Positions 47,252 through 59,443 of a stretch of DNA of 64,000 nt are shown here, in pieces. The DNA comes from Klebsormidium nitens (taxonomy: Eukaryota > Plantae > Klebsormidiophyceae), in assembly GCA_000708835.1 (NCBI GenBank), contig DF236961.1, positions 124,001-188,000 of the forward strand, written 5' to 3'. Under the pieces are notes generated by a model, which searched no databases, was not told where the DNA came from, and was given only the letters and a program-made list of their open reading frames with translations. The position numbers and the translations under genes are program-made. Within the stretch, counting starts at the first letter, position 1. Each line of letters opens with the position of its first letter.

Positions 47252-50200
47252 CTATGCTACATCGTCCTCGTCCAAAAAGAGCGCGCTCGCTCGTTTGGAC
47301 CCCCGGTTCCTCCTCTCCGTCACTCCCCTCCTATCCGTGTCCTCAATCTCGCTTCCAGATCCAATGTCGCTCAAGAAACCGTCGCCCCGCCCACGTGACC
47401 CGACGCTTCCGTCATAACTGTACAATCCCTGTTCGATCTTGGCGGTCTCTAGCTCGGCTTTGAACATGTTTTCTATCAAACGCAGACTGCTCGGGCTGCT
47501 GTGCAACGTGTAAGGTGGCCGGCGGGAAGAGCCGGAACTCTCACCGGGGGACTGTGGCTGTATGAGCCGCCCGTCGGCAAGCGCCTGCAAAAATGTTTCT
47601 TTTCTCGGTCGGCTTCTATCCATGTCCACTGGTGTTCTTACAATTAGTCTGATCGGAGTTTGAATTTACTAGATGTGCTTTTGAGGCGTGCGAACAAGGA
47701 TTTTGAACTGAGTTCTCTCAGTGGATACGACTGCACTTTGTACTTTGGATTGCTTTTGAGCTGTGCAGACAAGGAAAGTGTGATGGTGAATTTGAACTCT
47801 TTCTCTACCCAGAAACCTTTCAGATCCTAAGTAGAGAACTTGCAAGCAAGCCCTCGTAGAACGTAGGTAGGAGCGGCAAGCAGAGTGGCGAAGGTGGACT
47901 GCCGCTACTCACTTTGAGTCTCTTCGCTTCCCGCCGCTCCTCGATCTTCATCTGGGTCACGAAAGCCGACAGCACGAACGCCACGACCTGCGCGGGGTGA
48001 CGTCAAGTGCATTTATCTCAACGTCCTCAGTCCTTGCTTGGTAACATTCATCCTAACACCGAGACAGTCCCTACTACTTTCGAAGAAGACCTATACGCAC
48101 GACCTGTAGACAGGTCCCGTATCGCCCCGCTCCTCATCCCAAGGGGCAAGGAACAGTCTCGGAAGGAACGAGACGAGTTCAGTGGATTGCGGCAAACCGG
48201 TTGCCTCGTCCTCTTGCGACAATGAGACGGAGATACTTTGGAGCCGCTCGTGCCGACCTGGGTCCGGCGAGTGAAGCCGCAGCTCCGGATGGGCATTGGC
48301 CTTCATGATGAATGAAAGTCTCTAACCCCACAGACGAGAACAAAAAACATTTCCGCACGAATCCCGGGAAGCCCTCAAAGATCGCTCGCGCTTACCATGG
48401 TGGCATAGATAGACTGTCGAGGCTGAAGAAGTCAGCCCACGTTAGCTTGGCTGGTGGCAACATCCATCGCTTCAGTCCTCAAATTCTGGAAACTGTAACT
48501 CAATTAGTTTATTTTACATGAGTGTGAAAAGCTGCTGCGCTCACCAGGTTCAGCATGTATACAATCGCCAAGACGTAGAAGCTGATAAAGTAAACGGACG
48601 TCCACTGGTTGTGGGTGGCCCGTACAAACGCCTGCGGACAGAAAGGAGGGGAGCTTCAAACGGTTTACCTAAGGTACTTCGGCAGACCCTTAGACGGCAG
48701 ACCCACACTCTGGATGCGGGAAATCTCCAATAATCGGATGGGCTCGGAAACTTCCTGGCGGACTTGGCGGACCAATGAAGGTTCGCGCTCGAAAAGGGGA
48801 ATCTGAGTGCCTACTCTGCGGGTTGACTGTAAGGGCGAAAGAGAGAAGCTAAACGCTTGAACTCCGTGAGCAAGATAGCCTACCGCCCCAGATGCGACGG
48901 CATAAGAACCATAGCATGTCAACTCTCGTGGAGCAAAGCCGACTGTCTCAAGCTTGGTGTGCAGCTCCGCAAGAGTCTGACGGAATAACCAGTTGAGCAC
49001 GTGCAATCAGGCCGCCATTGCAGAATTCAAGATGCAGGAAACGACGATGAGATTCATCATCTGCAACACAATGTAAGAACGAAATGAGAGGACCGTCAAC
49101 GTGGATGACGTCGCGTTTCGAGCGTGCTTACGTCCTGGTACGTCAGCCAGCTGCTGGCCATGAGGAGGTCGAAGATGGTGACCATGCCGCTCGCAAAGTC
49201 GTTGAAGTTGCGGCTCGTGAAGCTGGGCGGAACTCCGGTCAAGGGCGGAACATTTGCGGTCTCCCAGAGGGGAAGGGCTCGGACAAGAAAGAAATATTAG
49301 ACCGACGATTGCTCTCAGACGGCGGATCGATACGAAACGACAAGGAAATGCCATATGAAGTTGACGTTGCGGCGCGATAAGTTTGGGAGAGGGAGATGTC
49401 AAAGGGGAGCCCTTAGAGCAACTAAAGCACTGACAGGTTGGCAAGCAAAATTGGAATTGTAATTGTCTAGCATACGGTGTCTTGCCTGAAAGCGGCTCTG
49501 AAAACGGCTCTGAAAATACTCCAGATGCAAGCGAATCAAAGTCGGAAAGGAGGAAAGGAAGCTGGTGCTCGCTCTGACCGAGCGGAGGTCAAGATAACAG
49601 TGCGAGGCTGCAGACAAACTAAACTTTGGCCGTTCCAGAATGCACACAGCTGGGTTTGGAACGCTTGCGGTGGGGGATACTTGTTCTGTACGTAGGAGGT
49701 GCTCTCCAGGTCCGGGTTGCCCTTGTACACCAGCCCGCCAAAGAGCTGAGGGAGAGGAAAAGTGACGTCAAGCAAAGTCGAGCTGACGTCAAGGGACCAG
49801 GTATGACGTGAGGCCCTTGCAAGCTCGTTCGTCCGCAACAACATGGGGAGCATCAAGCTGGGTCCTAAAGGAGGCGGGTCTGGTTTCAGACAAGAAAAGC
49901 GGCGCACAGAAAAGGAATCACCATAAGCGACCTCAGGAGGGCTGAGGAGAAATGAATTTTACAAATTAACTTTTGAAACCTTTTATTGAGAATTTTCTGC
50001 TAGAGCGGCGAGCCTGTCTCCATTAAAAAACGTTCTGCGCAGCAACCGGCGCCCACTGATTTCACCCTTTGGTTCGGCAAGGGGCGCGCTGTGGAGGCCG
50101 AGGAAGCAGAAGAGAGGCATCGTGAGCAACTCTTGCAAAACATTTCGCGACCCAAGTGCGCAGCAAGCCGCGCACTCCCATACACCTTAATCTCCAGAAC

Positions 50201-53200
50201 CGCGGGCTCATCCAGACGCACGGCAGGCAGAGGAGGACGGGTCAAAGCAAAGGGCCAAAGCAAGAAGCGACCTAAACGCGCGTGCATGTGGCGCACTAGC
50301 CACCCTCTTCAACCCTTTGTTAAACCGAGTCCGGAAAAGTGCGCGGTCACCTGGACGCCGACCGCACAGTGAAGGAAGCGGAGCAGAAGAGGAGCATCAC
50401 GAGGGGAGCCAAGGCGGGCCAAGGCGGAAACAAAACCGTAGAAAAACGCGAAAATGCGCGTGTACTCTGTCCCTGCACTGGGTCAGCCAAAACGCGTGCT
50501 CACCTGAACGCCGACCGCGCAGTAGAGGCAGAGGAAGCAGAAGAGGAGCATCATGAGGGGGGCCATGGCGGGGAGGAGCCGCAGGAACGTGCGCACGATG
50601 ATCTTGAAGCGGCGCAGGCCGCCTAGCAGGTGCAGCAACCGAAGCACCCGGGTGATCTCCAAAAACCGCACGTAGTCCGTCTTGAGGGGGAGGCCGAAGA
50701 CGGGGGACAGCAGGAAGCACGCGCCTAGGAAAAAAGGAATATTCGGTTTAAAAGCCACCTGAACCAGATTATTATATGCCACAGTGTTTTTGGCTTTTAA
50801 TTGGTGACGTGTGCTTATGGTCTCCAGAGAAAACGCGAGTGTTCTCGTCTTGAGGGGGAGGCCGGAGACCGGGGACAGCAGGAAGCACGCGCCTGGGGGA
50901 AGGAACGGTCGGTTGAATGATCATCTAAAACAAACTGATCTATTTACACAGTGTTCTTGGCTTTTGATTGGTGACGTGTGCTTATGATCTCCGGAGAAAA
51001 CGCGTAATTTTGTCTTGGAGGGAAGGCTGGAGACCGGGGACAACAGGAAGGACGCGCCTGGAGGGAGGAGACATTGTTTAAGTTTGTGGTCAAAGTACAG
51101 TAAATCGCATAAATGTTTCGCGAACGTTTGGTTATGCTGTCCAGGGAACGCGCGTGATTTTAACTTGAGGGAGAGGCCGGAGATCTTGGACAGCAGGAAG
51201 CACGCGCCTGGGGGGAGGAGTGCTTAACTTGTGCTCAAAGTATGGTAAGCTTTATGTATGTATGTTCCGCTGACAACTACTTATGATCTTGAGGAAACCT
51301 GCGTGGTCTCGTCTTGAAGGGAAGAGACCGGAACGGATTGGATGTAAGCGAAATCAAGGATAAATCACAGATGGTCGACGGTGGCTCAAAAGGCCACCGA
51401 GGGCAGATGATTCGGAAAAGATGGCGGAAAAGCTTACGTTGTAGAGATACAAACTCATGGCAATGCTGGTGAGCCGCAGCGCGACGTCCTCAAAATGGAA
51501 TAGACAAATACCCCGAATGTCTGCAACGGGCAAAGTCATCAAAAGAAGTACGCAAACAACAGTAGCATACGCCTCAAAAGCTAAAACCCAAGTTTTTAAT
51601 AAGTGCTATATTCCAACTCCTAGGATGAACCTACGGCGAGCGTAGTGAAGCAGTCGAGCCAGCTGCGGAAGCTGCGTCAACACCCAAAAGCCCCAAAGTA
51701 GGGGGTAAGCCACTTAGCAACCTTAATTCTGCAAATATTATAAAGCCATACATGGGGAGCCTGGTGAGGCTATGGAGCCTGCTACGGAAGGTGCGTGAGT
51801 ACTGAGAAGCCCCAAAGGAGTGAGTTCACGTCACTGAGAAACACTTCGTATTTCTCAGACTGCAATAAACGACACTCACCTATGGCGAGCGTGGTGAGGC
51901 AGTCAAGCCTGCTGCGGAAGCTGCGCCAGTAGGGGCCCCAACCGCGCGCCAGAATGCGCATCGCCATCTCCACAAAGTAAAGCCCGCCGAAAGCGTACAC
52001 GCCCCACAGCCAGTACTCGTGCGACGGTGAGTCGGACATGTCTGTCTGCGGAAGAGCGGTTTGAAGGAGTCGTTTTGTCTTTTACGTCTGTGAACAAGCA
52101 TTTAGGTGAGATTTGGAAAGGCCTTCTCGACAAGCGGAGACAAGCCCGTCTAAGTTCTGAGGTTTTCGTCAGTTCTTCTGTTCTGCTTGGGGCATTGGGA
52201 TGCCTGAATGAGGAGATACAGCCCGCAGAATACTTCTGACGAAACTGCGCCCCACAGGCACTTGTGATATAGAAGCGGATCGGACCTCTCGGCTGCTGTA
52301 GCGACAATTTAGCTTTTGAATGTTGGAAACATTTATTAGGGTCTGCTGCGGTAAGTTGAGAGATTGAGACAAGAGGTCGTTGTTTTGCTATAGCTTGAAG
52401 GTCTTACGAGCATTGCGTTACAGTAGGTTGTGAATCTTATGTACCCGGTTTCATTCAATCAATTTTGTTGTACAAAAGCAGGTTGCCCTCTCTGTATTAA
52501 GCGACCGTCGTCAGCAGGCCTGTCCTGCGGAAACAGACACGCAAAGCGGAAGACAGCCTTCACAAAAGAACCAGAGCGCAGCTCACCATGCCCTCCATGA
52601 CAAGCACGACTAGGTTGAGCAGGAGGATGACGTCAACCGCCATCGTAAACCCTGGGTGTGCGACCATCGCCGCAAAAGTCTGGAAACTCCCGGAGAAGAA
52701 AAGGCCCGGCCAGCAGGACTCCAGAAAGTGCGGCTGCAAAGGACAGGGTCTTAAGCTCTTGTAATCATGGGGGGAAGTTTGCATCCTGTCAAGCAACGCA
52801 TACCCCAATTCGCAGCCACTCTAGAACAGATTTGAGTGGTAAGAGGATTGAAAGAAAGTGATAAGAGAGTGGTAAGAGGATTGAAAGAAGCTCGTGCCAT
52901 GTTCGCAATCTGCTCAAAGGTGTTTACAGGCAGAAGCGCCGCTCATACTGCGAGAAAAAAGGTGCGCGGTGTGTCGGACTGTTGCAGAGTTTGCCACTGC
53001 CGAACATGCCGCTGACCTTCAACCCTAGATCTTGGAAGATCTGAAAACCTGAAGTGAAAGCTTCAACATTGGAAACGGGAATTCACCTCTTCGACTTTGA
53101 CAAATCTCGACACGATGACGTGGCACAGGTCCAGAAACTCGTCCTCAGTCACCTGCAGGCGGACAGAGAGTAGCCTCAGCGCTTCGCACGTGAGATCAGC

Positions 53201-56200
53201 ACCTCGTCCGCCCGCATATAACAATCTTCAGCCAGCGAACAAAAGACCATGGCACTTGTCACTTCAATCTTCGGTTCGGCCCCGTGACCTTGGGCTCCTT
53301 TACGTGTTGTAAGCGTGCAAATCTGCACTTGACTTCCTCAAAGCACAATATCTAGTCCGGATACCGACCATCCTCAAATGTCGGGCATTTTATGACCGCG
53401 TCAATTAACGCCCGAGAAGGCGTGGGCGTGCTATGCATTGAGAGACTCCAGGAATCTGCGGTAGGCTCGGCCTACGAGGGAGTTCGAAGAGTGGTAGCGA
53501 CACGCGACTCGCCTTGAAGCTTTCTTCCGAGTTCAGCTCGCTCAAGTAGAGCTGCATCGTTTGCAGAGACGGCACGCTCCTGCAGAAAACCAGGGGCCGT
53601 TCGTTCCTCTCTACAACTTGTGAGGAACGCCAGGATCAAGAAAGATGCTCTCTCACGTTACGTAGAATTCTGAACCAGAGTAACTGAGCAGGCCGAAAGA
53701 CGGGGCTTGTGTGCTCTTTGCTCGAAGCGGCAGCAAGCAAAGGAAAGCGCCAAAGCGCAACACTGTAAGAATGGCTGTGACCGGACCCTCTCTCAGCCAG
53801 TAAATGCCTTTTGAACGGCCGCTACCCAACGTCAAGTCCAAAAAATACTATACAAGTCAGCCGCTGCAAACTTTCTGACCTAAATCGACTCAGCGCTGTG
53901 AAGAGCTCCACCATCTGCGAGCTGTTGATCCAACCGCGACCCTGCAAATGGCAACGGCCGCCGAGCTTTTTGTCGGCTGAGAATCAGTTGCATCTCTGCA
54001 CCTATTAGCCGCTGATACCAGCACAAAGGCACGCCAAGAGAGCGAGGCAGAGCTTGTTGACACAGCTCTCGGATGAATTCTGAGGCAGGGCAAGCGAACA
54101 TGGACGAGTAGTCACTCAAAGTCCAATCACGTCATCATTCGCAAGCGGATACGAACTGCAAGAAGCGCTCACGATGATCCAGTAGCATCCGTCCTTTTCG
54201 CGTACGATAAACGTCGGACTAGGTTCTTTCTTAAGAATGATCATAGTCACAAGCGTGGAATCTGAATTGATACCCGATGAATTGATACCCGATGATTTGG
54301 CAGCCCCTGAAACTTTAGTAAGCAGCAGGCTGAACGGAGGCGCAGACAAACTTCGAGAGACGCTAAGCGTACCTGGTCGTCTAGGAAGTGGAAAGCCGCT
54401 CTCAGGTCCCGGTCCCGGTTCTTCTCCTCCTTCACCAGCTGCTTTACAACCTGCACCAAGTCAAACAGCGCTCACCTTTAGAACAGAGTCACCGAATTTT
54501 GGAATAATTGCTTGAATCGAATGCGCCATTTGCAACAGGCAGGCGCCGAATTCTGGAATGATTGCTTTCATCGATTGCGCCTTTTGCTAACAGGCAGATG
54601 GCGCAGAGAAACGCGCAAAAACGAAGCGATCGTTGTCAGCAAGTGGATTGGGCGGTCTCACTAGAGAGCAGGCAACGAGCGTGCAGATTGTTCTAGAGAG
54701 AGGGATCGCCGGAGAACCCTGCCTGTGTCGTGAATATTCATTTGTCCGAGAAGACTTTATGCTTCACGCACCTGTTCCTTGAAAGCCTCGTAGATGACGG
54801 CGAGCATGAGGTTCATGAGGATGAAGATCCCCAGCACCAAGAAGACGATGAAAAACCACACCGACCACCGGTTGGCCCTGCGAAGAAAGCGAGCAGAGAA
54901 TCAGAGGCGTAAGTCAAAACTATGAGCGATGTCACCGAGCTCGAGAAAGCGTACTTAAACATAGATCAAAGCTGACACCTTTCGTCAGGAATCTCTCGTG
55001 AGAGCCTTCGCAGTGGATGGACATTAAGTTTGGCGGCTTGATCGAAGGGACTCCATTTCGTGTCACCTTTGCAGGGGAATATGGGCATTCTTTGACGCAG
55101 ACGGTCACGACGAAACGACCTCGCGTGCTAACGGCTTGCATAATATCGCAACAGTCGCTTCTAGTATTGTTTGCACGAAACACAAGCGCATTTTGTCCCA
55201 AAACTTCTGGCCGTACTCATGCCCGATCAGATGTTCCCCACCAAATGAAATGCCCCGAAGCGCGGAATCAACACTGAAGTAGTCAATTCTAGGCTGGTTC
55301 CCTCGCACCACTTTCCCGTCCAGTCCCTCTCTCCTCATCTCCTGTAACAATCTTTCAAACGTCGAAGCCACTCACTCGTAGGCGGGGATCTGGATGTTGG
55401 GGTTGTAGGAGAGCGTGAGGAGGTAAAACATGTTGAGCAGGGAATGCTGGTAGGTGGGAAACCACTGGCGGCCCTCCTCGCTCTCGTGGAAGAACAGCAT
55501 GCCCAGCCACGCGAAGATTGCGATGTACAGAAACACCAGCAGCTGCACGGAGATGGTATCCTTTCTATTGGTGAATGCAATCTGAAATGAGGTGAACTTA
55601 AGCGGAACGTCAAACGTAAATTCATGCTTCGGTCAATCGGATTGTTGTCAGACAACCGGACCAATAGATGCCCTCTGCATCAGAGAAAGACAGCGCATCT
55701 CGCACCTCTCATGTTGTAACACCTGACGGGAACTTGCCTTTTAAAGTTCCTGTGGGTTCCATTGCCGATACAGATCAAGCGACAACATATGGCCTTCTCA
55801 GAATCTGCGACTTGAGGCCCAGATTTTGTCTCTTGGCGCCAAAAGACTAACAACCGCGTGCGTCGAGATGCATCTCAACCCTACTCTACAAGAGTTGTGA
55901 TAACGGCGCTCGACTGCGAGTAGCGACTCTCACCACGACATCCAGAAACTTGCGCACAATTTGCACCAACGCGCAAAAAGTCTCCCGCAGCTCCCTGCGC
56001 TCAGTCAAGATATTCAAAGGTCGGATGAGAATTTTGAAACGAAGGAAAGGAAATGGATCGGCCTTCTCATTTCGAAGAGAAGGACAGGAGGGCTCGGCCG
56101 ATGATGAATGCAACTCTGGATTCGTCAAAACAAGCATGATGGCAACTTCTTTCGTCGCGAGAGTGCGTGCTGGACAACTGTCAAAGCGCGTTAGAAGTAA

Positions 56201-57896
56201 TCAGAGCGCACCTTTGAAACGTCACGACAACGGGGATCCTAATGTAGTAGCCAACACGGACGAAGACGTCGTTCTCGAGGGAGAGGCAGTCGGCAGCCAG
56301 GCACAGCAGCAAGAGGATCTGCATCGTCAACTCTTTCAACATTGTTCCAACTGAAGAGTCAAGCTGCACTTATGCAGGTTGGGTTAAACCTTCAATTCCG
56401 CTAAGCACTCCCTTTGCACCTTCTACGGTGATGAAACGTCTTTTAAATCTAGCAGAGTGGTCAATCAGCCTGGCAACTTCCACGAAAACGACCGAGGCAG
56501 CCAGATGTCACTCGAGTTCATTATGTAAGATGACACTCTTCCTCCTTACCTTGGTCCCATGGACTGGCGCTTTGCACAAGTCCCCCCAGCCTCTGTATTG
56601 TAGGACAAGCCACGTTTCCAGCGCTAGGAGAACCGTGCATGCGGCCTGTACTGAAACCACAGTCGGTGCGTATATGTAGGGCAAGCTGCCAAGTGGATAT
56701 TGCTGAGGATCAGGGCACATCTGGCGCATCCAGGGAGGGGCCTGCAACGCAGACTCATTGTCAGTCCAACATGGCTTTGTTTGGTCTCTTTGAAGAAAAC
56801 GCCATTGAGGCGGCTGCCTTCTAAACCTGCTGACCGATTAGTTTGGGAGGGTGGCCACTTTCTTTGACAGAGGAGACATGACGTTGGTGGTACAAAATAT
56901 TGACGCATAAGTTTAGAAATGTTTTTTTTTGGTGGTATCGATTGACAAGCTATTCTCATTTCAGTTCTGGCAGAGCGACAGAGAATCATGAGAATATTTG
57001 AAAAGAAAGTCGAAAGAGTGAGAGCATCGGAAGACTGGCACACGCTCACCTCCAGGAAAAGAAGTACTAGGAGAGCCAGCACCGCTGCATCTCTCAGCCA
57101 CTCCAGCTTGTGGTATATAAGGTATGCGCGCATGGCGGCTTCTGAGCCGTCCTCTTTCAGGGTCTCGAAGGGGATTCCAACGCCATCAAGCGCCTGGTGC
57201 AAGAGCAACCTGTGAGTGTCCAAGCTCAACTTCCTCACATCGATCAGCTACCCTTGCTTGACTGTAATGATGTTAATCAGGTTGCTAGTAAAGTTCTCAG
57301 TTGCTACCCTAAGGGAGTCGTCATCGGATCGCAAGTATGTGATTTGTGCAAGCTGAACAAGGAAAGCGGCCTCCGTGCATCTTGGTTGGTCACTGAAGAG
57401 GTGTGACTACTGAATCAATCCTGTTTGGAAGCGAAGGACGGCCCAGCCAGAAGAGGCTGTCAAAGTCTTGACCACCATCCTATCAACAGGGCTCAGTGAT
57501 TATATGGCTTGTTCTGATTTTCCTGCACCGTTCAAATATGCTTATAAGAAACTTTTAGATCAGAAATCTGGCGCTCTTCGAAGAGTCATACAACCAAGGG
57601 GTTGACGTCCATAGATTCGTTTTTTACTCCCTGGACAGGAAATAAGGTAGGCCCAGTCATCATCAGGCACTTGGTTCCCCGCCAGCTGCAAGAGCTGGTG
57701 GTATAACATATCAGAAGATTTGTAGCTCAAAATGAATTCGCTACTATGTATAAGCGTAACTTACACTCACCATGTCTACAAGCACTGCCGCCTTTTCCAC
57801 AGCCGCCCCTTGCACAAGCAACTCATCCCGTTCACTAAGGAGCTGGCTTCCTAGGCCCTGGCTTTGCTGCCAGGCCTGATCTTCTGGATTTTCCAT
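47252..57896 (-). CDS. TPC1: Two-pore channel (plant TPC1-like architecture), 786 aa, 19 exons: 57896-57771, 57193-57050, 56741-56550, 56318-56212, 55994-55934, 55542-55376, 54877-54772, 54450-54373, 53941-53880, 53579-53513, 53152-53087, 52733-52587, 52045-51880, 50724-50504, 49745-49681, 49222-49132, 48631-48545, 47987-47913, 47584-47252
   Basis: EKAAVLVDM|ALDGVGIP, NP.I.IPAY, MNLMLAVIYEAFKEQ, EF-hand linker ending DEFLDLCHVIVSRF, LFGGLVYKGN, NFNDFASGMVTIF, NLVVAFVL. Summed exon length is 2361 nt and in frame. N-terminal ERDELL fits the [DE]xxxL[LI] dileucine sorting motif. Confidence 0.92.
50085..51335 (-). repeat. Partial copies of TPC exon 14 on both sides of the real exon
   Basis: Acceptor plus GCGCGTGCTTCCTGCTGTCC copies start at 50892, 51057 and 51207 (real exon 50724), with a remnant near 51320. 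Exon 3'-end copies at about 50335-50410 (with CAG|GTGACC donor) and about 50085-50200. Confidence 0.88.
51625..51800 (-). repeat. Degenerate copies of the 3' end of TPC exon 13
   Basis: cctacggcgagcgtagtgaagcagtcgagccagctgcggaagctgcg versus exon sequence cctatggcgagcgtggtgaggcagtcaagcctgctgcggaagctgcg; a weaker copy near 51755-51800. Confidence 0.75.
54495..54605. repeat. Two imperfect ~58-bp tandem units in a TPC intron
   Basis: gaattttggaataattgct...gcgccatttgcaacaggcag versus gaattctggaatgattgct...gcgccttttgctaacaggcag. Confidence 0.7.
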
Positions 57897-59443
57897 TGAG
57901 TTCTCTCCGATTCACCAGCCCCTCTGTAGTTGCACCATCACCCTAATCATGGGCAGAATTCCCGTCGAATGCTACTTTTACTTGGTTAAAAGCACCTCTG
58001 ACGACCTACAGCAACTTTTGCAACAGTAAGAGAGCATTCCTCATTCAATTTGTTTGCTCCCACATTGACTGACCATCAGCTTAGTAAAACTTCAGTCTGT
58101 CTTCTCGTGACCTTCCTCCATTACTCAGTGGACCTACCACATGAAGGGCATTTCTTTGACAACAAAGGGGCAACGATAACTTAAGCCGTATTCAATCCTT
58201 CCTTTACAAGATCTGTAAGCATTCGACTTAAAGGCTCTGCCTTAGGGAGCAGGTCGTCTCCAGCACGTTTGCCATTTGCACCACCTATGCACCATGGTTC
58301 ATAAGATGGTTCTAAGACCATCTACTATGATCTAGCTTTTCCTAGCATTTCTTTCAAGCATTGCCATTGGCAAGCTCTGGACTCTGGAGTCTGCATGCAA
58401 ACCGAAACCCTGCAATCATTGAATCTCCGGCCGCGCGGGCGCGACGATGGCATATGCGGCCGCGCGGGCGCTAGCAATCATGTGGACGGCGCCGCCGACC
58501 GCGCCGCCATGCATCAGGCATGCATGATCATCCATCAATGAATGCTCAAGTCGATAAGATGCACAAAACCATTCGACAAGTTGTCTTATGCGTACCAACA
58601 TGATCATCATGCGTCCCTCATTCCTACGGGAACAACTTGTAGACAAGTCAACAGTGAGGAAGTCAACTTTGTAAAAAGAAGATTGGCATATGATGCTCAC
58701 AGCCCGGCAGGCAGATCTCCTCAAGCATTTCAGCGTTTCATGAGAGGAAATAATAGTCTGACACGGACAGTCTTTCTCAGTAGGCCGACGCCTTGTGCTT
58801 ACAACAGTCGAATCGAGGATTTGATGACGAAGTGCAAGTAGCTCTTCTTCAGTGAAAGCGGTCTATTGACGCTAACGACCCTTGACTCCATGAACTTAAA
58901 GTCTGCGGAACTTTTTCTTCTTGTTGCACCGATCCTCGGATTGCAGTGACTTTACAAAATGAAGACTCGTTGATGGTTGGCTGTCTTAGTTGCAGTGTGC
59001 AATCTGCGCAGCTGTCCTTTGCGACTGCAGACTCATCTAAGGATTGCCCGTCGAGATGACGAACGAACTCCAAAACTCGTGGTCAGTCACATTGCACCCA
59101 CCTATCTAGCGTATGTATTGTTTCATACGGACTTTTGACACAATGACACAACCAGTTTGCGGCATGAATCCCTTACACCACCCAACGAAATCCAAACTCT
59201 TCTGCAGTCTACCTTCAAACCTGGGCTGTCTTGTAGACCTTTCCGCAGCTCCCGTTAGTTCTACCAAGCTTTTCAGTCGACATGTAAGCAATTACTTCGA
59301 ACCATTATCCTGCCCACTCGCCTCGAGGCTTCACATTCCACCTTTCCCAGCAGACGGATCACTGCCCTCAAGAAGTGCTGCCCATTAGTAGCCCATCAAT
59401 CCGAAGCACTTGTCGCTTCGACTCCACTGCAAAACTCCCCTGC

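Noticed and set aside
48665-49075. ORF 48665-49006 and the MMNLIVVS segment as TPC exons
   Set aside because: Exon 48631-48545 supplies the S12 helix (YFISFYVLAIVYMLNL) with good splice sites, so these are not needed.
57194-57238. LLLHQ extension of TPC exon 2 suggested by the ORF track
   Set aside because: The upstream exon ending KAAVLVDM joins in phase 0 at 57193 and restores the conserved TPC N-terminus, so the extension is intronic.
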